Source of the DNA: Bdellovibrionota bacterium | GTDB taxonomy: Bacteria > Bdellovibrionota_C > UBA2361 > OMII01 | Assembly (NCBI GenBank): GCA_044356215.1 | Contig: JBIKWQ010000096.1 | Coordinates: forward strand, 1-10,460 | DNA length: 10,460 nt | Direction: 5' to 3' | Shown: in pieces, positions 6,792 through 10,460 of the stretch | How positions within the stretch are numbered: position 1 is the first letter of the stretch | How the letters are laid out: every line of letters begins with the position of its first letter | Translations under genes and position numbers: made by a program | The notes under the pieces: model-generated | The model's input: the letters and a program-made list of their open reading frames with translations, nothing else | Told to the model about the DNA's origin: nothing | Database searches by the model: none

Positions 6792-8036
6792 ATGAAAAAG
6801 ACAATTAACGCGGATCGTTTCTTAAAAAACCTGAGGGACCAAGCGCGATTCGGCGATACCGATGATGGCGGAGTATCACGCACAGCAATGAGTCCGGAAG
6901 ATGTAGCGATACGACAATGGTTCCGGAGCATGATAGAGGCTGATAATTTTGAATACAAGTTTGACGGCGCGGGAAATCAATCTGCTATTTGGCGCTGTGA
7001 GATGCCACATGCCAAGACGCTTTTAATCGGCTCTCATCTCGATAGTGTTAAAAACGGCGGACGTTTTGATGGTGTTCTTGGCGTTCTGGCGGCATATGAA
7101 GTTCTTCTTACTCTAAGACAGTCGAAAGAGCGTCTTCCCTTTCACCTAGAGGTGGTTAATTTCACTGACGAAGAGGGAAGCATTCTGGGACAGATTGGGA
7201 GTTCCGCAGTGGCCGGGAGACTCTCTCTCGATCGACTTATGAACCCTCGTGGTGGTAGAGAGATCCTGATTGAAGGAATGAAGGGAATCGGTATCAGCGA
7301 CGAATCCGCTCTCAACGCAAAGCGTGATCCCTCTGAGGTTTTGGGGTATGTGGAAGTTCATATCGAACAGGGCACGCGATTAGAGAAAGCCAATCTGAAG
7401 ATCGGTGTCGTTTCGGCGATTGTTGGTCTGACCTCGTATCGACTACGCTTCCTCGGGGAGGCTGGGCATGCCGGAACAACTTCAATGCGGAATCGCAAAG
7501 ATGCCTTTCAAGGAGCAGCGGTATATTCAGAGCAAGCCAGGCGGCTAGTCATCGATCGATATGATCCAGGGGTCGTGAACTTCGGGGTGATATCAATAAG
7601 CCCAGGGCAGTTCAACCTCATTCCTGGTGAAGTCGTACTGGGGATGGAATTTCGCCATGGAGTACCTGGCGAATTAGCCTCCATGGAGCGAGAACTGCTC
7701 GACCTAGCCTCGCAGGTAGGTGACAAATATGGACTTAAGGTTGAATGTCAAGTGGTTGAGAAGTTGCCACCTACACTGATGTCTGAGCCGTTTATGGGAG
7801 CCGTTGAGCGGGCAGCCGATTCTCTTAACCTATCGCATACACGTCTGATGAGCTTTGCTGGACATGATTCACAGTCCCTCGCCGGATTTACGGAAACGGT
7901 GATGCTGTTTATCCCCTCTAAAGAGGGTATCAGTCACAATCCCCGAGAGTTTTCGAGTTCTGAGGACTGCGTTAACGGCGCAAACGCGCTTCTGCATACG
8001 GTCCTTGAGTTGGCCGCTTTAGAAAATGAAAAATAA
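6792..8036 (+). CDS. M20-family Zn-dependent amidohydrolase (allantoate amidohydrolase/N-carbamoyl-L-amino-acid hydrolase type)
   Basis: GSHLDSV..GG.FDG, DEEG, EVHIEQG, GHAGT, AGHD and GISHNPRE. RBS-like GAGG upstream. Confidence 0.93.
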   Translation: MKKTINADRFLKNLRDQARFGDTDDGGVSRTAMSPEDVAIRQWFRSMIEADNFEYKFDGAGNQSAIWRCEMPHAKTLLIGSHLDSVKNGGRFDGVLGVLAAYEVLLTLRQSKERLPFHLEVVNFTDEEGSILGQIGSSAVAGRLSLDRLMNPRGGREILIEGMKGIGISDESALNAKRDPSEVLGYVEVHIEQGTRLEKANLKIGVVSAIVGLTSYRLRFLGEAGHAGTTSMRNRKDAFQGAAVYSEQARRLVIDRYDPGVVNFGVISISPGQFNLIPGEVVLGMEFRHGVPGELASMERELLDLASQVGDKYGLKVECQVVEKLPPTLMSEPFMGAVERAADSLNLSHTRLMSFAGHDSQSLAGFTETVMLFIPSKEGISHNPREFSSSEDCVNGANALLHTVLELAALENEK

Positions 8037-8067
8037 TCGTGGTCGTAGCACTGCAGCAATAATTTTG

Positions 8068-8103
8068 TTGCACTGATTTAATTATAATTATACCATAATT
8101 ATA
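8068..8103 (+). promoter_or_regulatory. sigma70 promoter/operator of the second brnTA
   Basis: TTGCAC(8068-8073)-17 nt-TACCAT(8091-8096)-6 nt-ATG. Inverted repeat TATAATTAT-ACC-ATAATTATA (8083-8103). Confidence 0.65.
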
Positions 8104-8392
8104 TGAGCAAGCTTCAATTCATTTGGGATGAAGGCAAAGCCCTGGCAAATAAACGTAAGCATCATGTGACGTCTGATGAGGCGAAACCGTCTTCTATGAT
8201 GACAATGCGGAACTGATCGGAGATCCCGATTATTCTAGTCACGAAGATCGGTTTGTAATGCTCGGAATGAGTAGCCGCGCACGTGTTCTGATCGTGTGCC
8301 ACTGCTACAGGGAGAACAACGGGGTAATAAGAATTATTTCAGCCCGGAAAGAAACAAAAAATGAGCGGGCACAGTATCGGAGGTCCATATGA
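8103..8392 (+). pseudogene. brnT: Frameshifted BrnT-family toxin
   Basis: MSKLQFIWDEGKALANKRKHHVTSDEAK / TVFYDDNAELIGDPDYSSHEDRFVMLGMSSRARVLIVCHCYRENNGVIRIISARKETKNERAQYRRSI*. One base is missing at the A-run 8184-8186 (290 nt total), giving a premature TGA at 8214-8216. ATGA overlap with brnA. Confidence 0.88.
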
Positions 8393-8616
8393 GAAAAGAG
8401 TATGATTTTTCGAAAGGCATAAAGAATCCCTATATAAAGCGCCTGAAGAAGCAGATTACGATTCGTCTTGACGACTCCACCATCGAGTACTTCAAGGCTC
8501 TCGCTGAGGAAACCGACATCTCTTACCAGAATCTCATGAATTTTTACCTTAGAGAGTGCGCATCGCAGCGACGTAAGCCGCTTACTAGGTGGGTGAAAGG
8601 AAGCATACGCGGCTAA
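8389..8616 (+). CDS. brnA: BrnA-family (CopG/RHH) antitoxin
   Basis: MRKEYDFSKG.KNPY.K.LKKQITIRLD...IEYFK.LA.E..I.YQ.L.N.YLR.CA. Confidence 0.9.
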   Translation: MRKEYDFSKGIKNPYIKRLKKQITIRLDDSTIEYFKALAEETDISYQNLMNFYLRECASQRRKPLTRWVKGSIRG

Positions 8617-8624
8617 TAAATCCC

Positions 8625-8873
8625 CTAACCGCGCAATAAGCTATCGACTAATATATCCTCGTCGATACTTTCCCAGTGAATCCCTACCCCACCGCCAATG
8701 AGTCTCCACCCTTTTCTTTGTTTGGCAGTAGCCTTGCGCAGCCTCTCCGACCACTCAAGCGGCATACGAATTTCCCGACCGTCAGAAAGCATCACAACTA
8801 GGGAGCTTTTGGTGAATGAGACATCCTCTACGAGGGGCTCGAATGACAGTTTTCTATTCAGCGAAGAACTCAT
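8625..8873 (-). CDS. DUF2442-family protein (predicted antitoxin)
   Basis: V.L.DGREI..PL.W..RL..AT..QR..WRLIGGG.GIHWE.IDEDI.V..LL. ATG 8873 follows GAGGAGGT and is preferred to 8897. Confidence 0.85.
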   Translation of the reverse strand: MSSSLNRKLSFEPLVEDVSFTKSSLVVMLSDGREIRMPLEWSERLRKATAKQRKGWRLIGGGVGIHWESIDEDILVDSLLRG

Positions 8874-8904
8874 GCCACCTCCTCTCAAATAGCTCACGGT
8901 AACC
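8854..8904 (-). pseudogene. C-terminal remnant of a DUF4160-like partner gene
   Basis: Reads GYRELFERRWHEFFAE* overlapping the DUF2442 start, like the ending of DUF4160 proteins. Upstream sequence has no resemblance, and only about 60 nt remain before the next gene. Confidence 0.6.
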
Positions 8905-8963
8905 TTCGCATTTCCGCCATAGAGGCCAGAAACCGACGAGTTGAATTTGAGCCTTCAACGTCA

Positions 8964-9161
8964 TTATGCCGCAACGGTCTCGTACGAAAAATCTAGTTTC
9001 CCCTGCGCCTGCTTCGCATGCTCTATAGTCAGCACAACGACTTTGCCATCCTTATCGAGCTCCAAAAGCACATTGTCGTTAAGCTCTTCAGTTTGAGCAG
9101 GCTCTCTGTCGCTTAATTCAATGTAAAGAGTATCGGTGTCTTCAAAATATCTGACTTTCAT
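8964..9161 (-). CDS. DUF2283-family protein (predicted antitoxin)
   Basis: MKV.YF.DTDTLYIEL......T.EL..N.LL.LD..G.V...TIEHA. RBS AGGAG upstream. Confidence 0.85.
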   Translation of the reverse strand: MKVRYFEDTDTLYIELSDREPAQTEELNDNVLLELDKDGKVVVLTIEHAKQAQGKLDFSYETVAA

Positions 9162-9166
9162 CGCTC

Positions 9167-9408
9167 CTACTCCTTAAACTTTCGGTCGAAAAACGCGTTA
9201 TGCAATGTTTTGCCATCCTCTAGAAGGATGACTCTGTGATACCTGTTGCCCGCCTCGGCGATTTTACCCCACAGCCTTATTCTACCATCATCCTGAGTAG
9301 TTCTTCTACTTGGATTTCTTATCACTTCTCTAATCCATTCATCTTCAATAGCTCCACGATCGGGGAGAGAGCGGCTAAATTGGAAGTACTTAGTTTAGTG
9401 ACTTTCAT
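9167..9408 (-). pseudogene. Frameshifted DUF4258/RelE-like putative toxin partner of DUF2283
   Basis: Removing one copy of the tandem ACTAA (9390-9399) gives 78 aa MKVTKYFQFSRSLPDRGAIEDEWIREVIRNPSRRTTQDDGRIRLWGKIAEAGNRYHRVILLEDGKTLHNAFFDRKFKE*. As written it stops after 28 aa. Confidence 0.8.
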
Positions 9409-9449
9409 CTGATGCTAGTATGAGCTATCTCAATGAGTTAGTAGCCTAT

Positions 9450-9543
9450 GCATAACAATTCAATCCTCCAGATTGTCGCGCGTGAGTCTCGTGATAATAT
9501 GAGCTACATTAAAGCGCGACAACTACTGATTTATGCGTTATGT
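9450..9543 (+). mobile_element. attC-like site with intact cores and long variable loop (94 bp)
   Basis: GCATAAC-AATTC-AATCCTCC-AG(A)TTGTCGCGC...GCGCGACAACT-ACTGATT-TATGC-GTTATGT. Confidence 0.72.
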
Positions 9544-9560
9544 CTTTCTAAGTTTATGCG

Positions 9561-10280
9561 ATGAATCCCTCAGCCATCATCATTGGCGCATCATCGGGAA
9601 TCGGGGCAGCACTCGCTCTTGAGCTTAATTCTCATGGCTATTCTTTGGGACTTGCATCAAGGCGTACAGAGCTACTTCAAGAGCTCGCCTCAAAACTAAA
9701 GCACCGTGCTCACATTCGCGAACTAGATCTCGCTAATCCTGATGCAGCGGCGATTTCATTACGACAGCTTATCGACGAGATGAAGGATGTCGAACTGATT
9801 ATCATTTCGGCAGGTACTGGCTTTAACAATCCGAAGCTGGAGTGGGGCCCCGAATTGAATACCATTTCGGTCAACGTGACCGGCTTTGCTCGTGTCGTCA
9901 ATGTCATCGTCGAGTATTTCGAGCAGAGAGGCAGTGGGCATCTCGCTGCCATAACCTCGATCTGCGCGATTCGAGGTCATGGTGATGCGCCTGCATATGG
10001 TGCTTCAAAGGCATTCATGTCCAACTACCTCGGCTCTATTCGGCACCGATTCCGAGGGAAGAATCTTCCCATTTACGTTACGGAGATATGTCCTGGGTAT
10101 GTCGATACTGCCATGGCACAAGGAACTTCGTTATTTTGGGTTGCGTCGGTGCAAACGGCAGCAAAGCAGATTGTGCGAGCTCTGAAGGATCGTCGTGGCC
10201 ACGTGTACGTGACTAAGAGATGGAGACTAGTAGCGTGGCTTTTACGAGTTACTCCTTATGCATTGTACCGGAGGGGATGA
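9561..10280 (+). CDS. Short-chain dehydrogenase/reductase (SDR)
   Basis: GASSGIG Rossmann motif, SAG, catalytic YGASK and PGYVDT.M. Confidence 0.93.
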   Translation: MNPSAIIIGASSGIGAALALELNSHGYSLGLASRRTELLQELASKLKHRAHIRELDLANPDAAAISLRQLIDEMKDVELIIISAGTGFNNPKLEWGPELNTISVNVTGFARVVNVIVEYFEQRGSGHLAAITSICAIRGHGDAPAYGASKAFMSNYLGSIRHRFRGKNLPIYVTEICPGYVDTAMAQGTSLFWVASVQTAAKQIVRALKDRRGHVYVTKRWRLVAWLLRVTPYALYRRG

Positions 10281-10298
10281 ATAAGGTGGGCATTGGCA

Positions 10299-10369
10299 AC
10301 ATGACATCGATTGAATCAACTCGAGATGCCGCCCTGGTGGCGAGTTTCGGGTTATCGTTAGCGTTATAC
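10299..10369 (+). mobile_element. attC-like site (R'' degenerate)
   Basis: ACATGAC...AATCAACT-CGAGATGCCGCC-CT-GGTGGCGAGTTTCG-GGTTATC-GTTAGC-GTTATAC. ACATGAC nearly complements the SDR cassette's leading GTTATGT; the R''-L'' spacer is 8 nt rather than 5. Confidence 0.6.
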
Positions 10370-10382
10370 CTGAACCCCACTT

Positions 10383-10460
10383 ATGAATTATCCAGAAAAA
10401 GCAAATCTTGGCACCCCAGCTTTTGACCAGGTTTTTCGGGACTTTCTCGTTCGAGCCAAA
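10383..10460 (+). CDS. Start of the next cassette ORF, hypothetical, truncated by the window edge
   Basis: ATG 13 nt after R'. MNYPEKANLGTPAFDQVFRDFLVRAK stays open to the end of the window. Confidence 0.5.
   Translation, partial: MNYPEKANLGTPAFDQVFRDFLVRAK

Noticed and set aside
8854..8964. 36-aa minus ORF starting in the DUF2283 stop (TAATG) as a functional gene
   Set aside because: Only the last ~17 residues look like DUF4160, so it is probably a chance fusion left by a deletion.
8897..8969. Possible attC between DUF2442 and DUF2283 (CGGTAAC...ATTATGC)
   Set aside because: The L boxes do not pair. At most ATTATGC (8963-8969) is an R' remnant matching GCATAAC at 9450.
9152..9409. Identical GATGAAAGTCA at the starts of both DUF4258-like and DUF2283 genes
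   Set aside because: An 11-nt match explained by common MKV starts; there is no further similarity.
210..10369. CRISPR array or REP family from recurring GATAAC...GTTATC
   Set aside because: The units are separated by whole genes and share structure rather than sequence.

Overview
A decaying integron-type gene-cassette array with no integrase in the window. Eight attC-like sites (210-274, 1636-1692, 2689-2744, 3181-3236, 5847-5902, 6605-6675, 9450-9543, 10299-10369) plus a lone R'' box at 2015 are all in the same orientation. They separate cassettes for an inositol-monophosphatase/HisN-like enzyme, an Imm40-like protein, a cupin, an ORF6N-domain protein, a SAM methyltransferase, an M20 Zn-amidohydrolase and an SDR. 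Six type II toxin-antitoxin modules are present: two complete, one running off the window edge, and three clustered at 8.1-9.4 kb with a broken putative toxin but an intact antitoxin. A complete IIC-like group II intron (3570-5607, RT/maturase without an endonuclease domain) sits antisense inside the ORF6N gene, 4 nt after a perfect 13-bp palindrome in the coding sequence rather than in an attC. Removing it restores a 172-aa ORF exactly. Four TA promoters share a -10/6-nt/start-codon (leaderless) layout. All family calls are by-eye motif recognition, not database searches.
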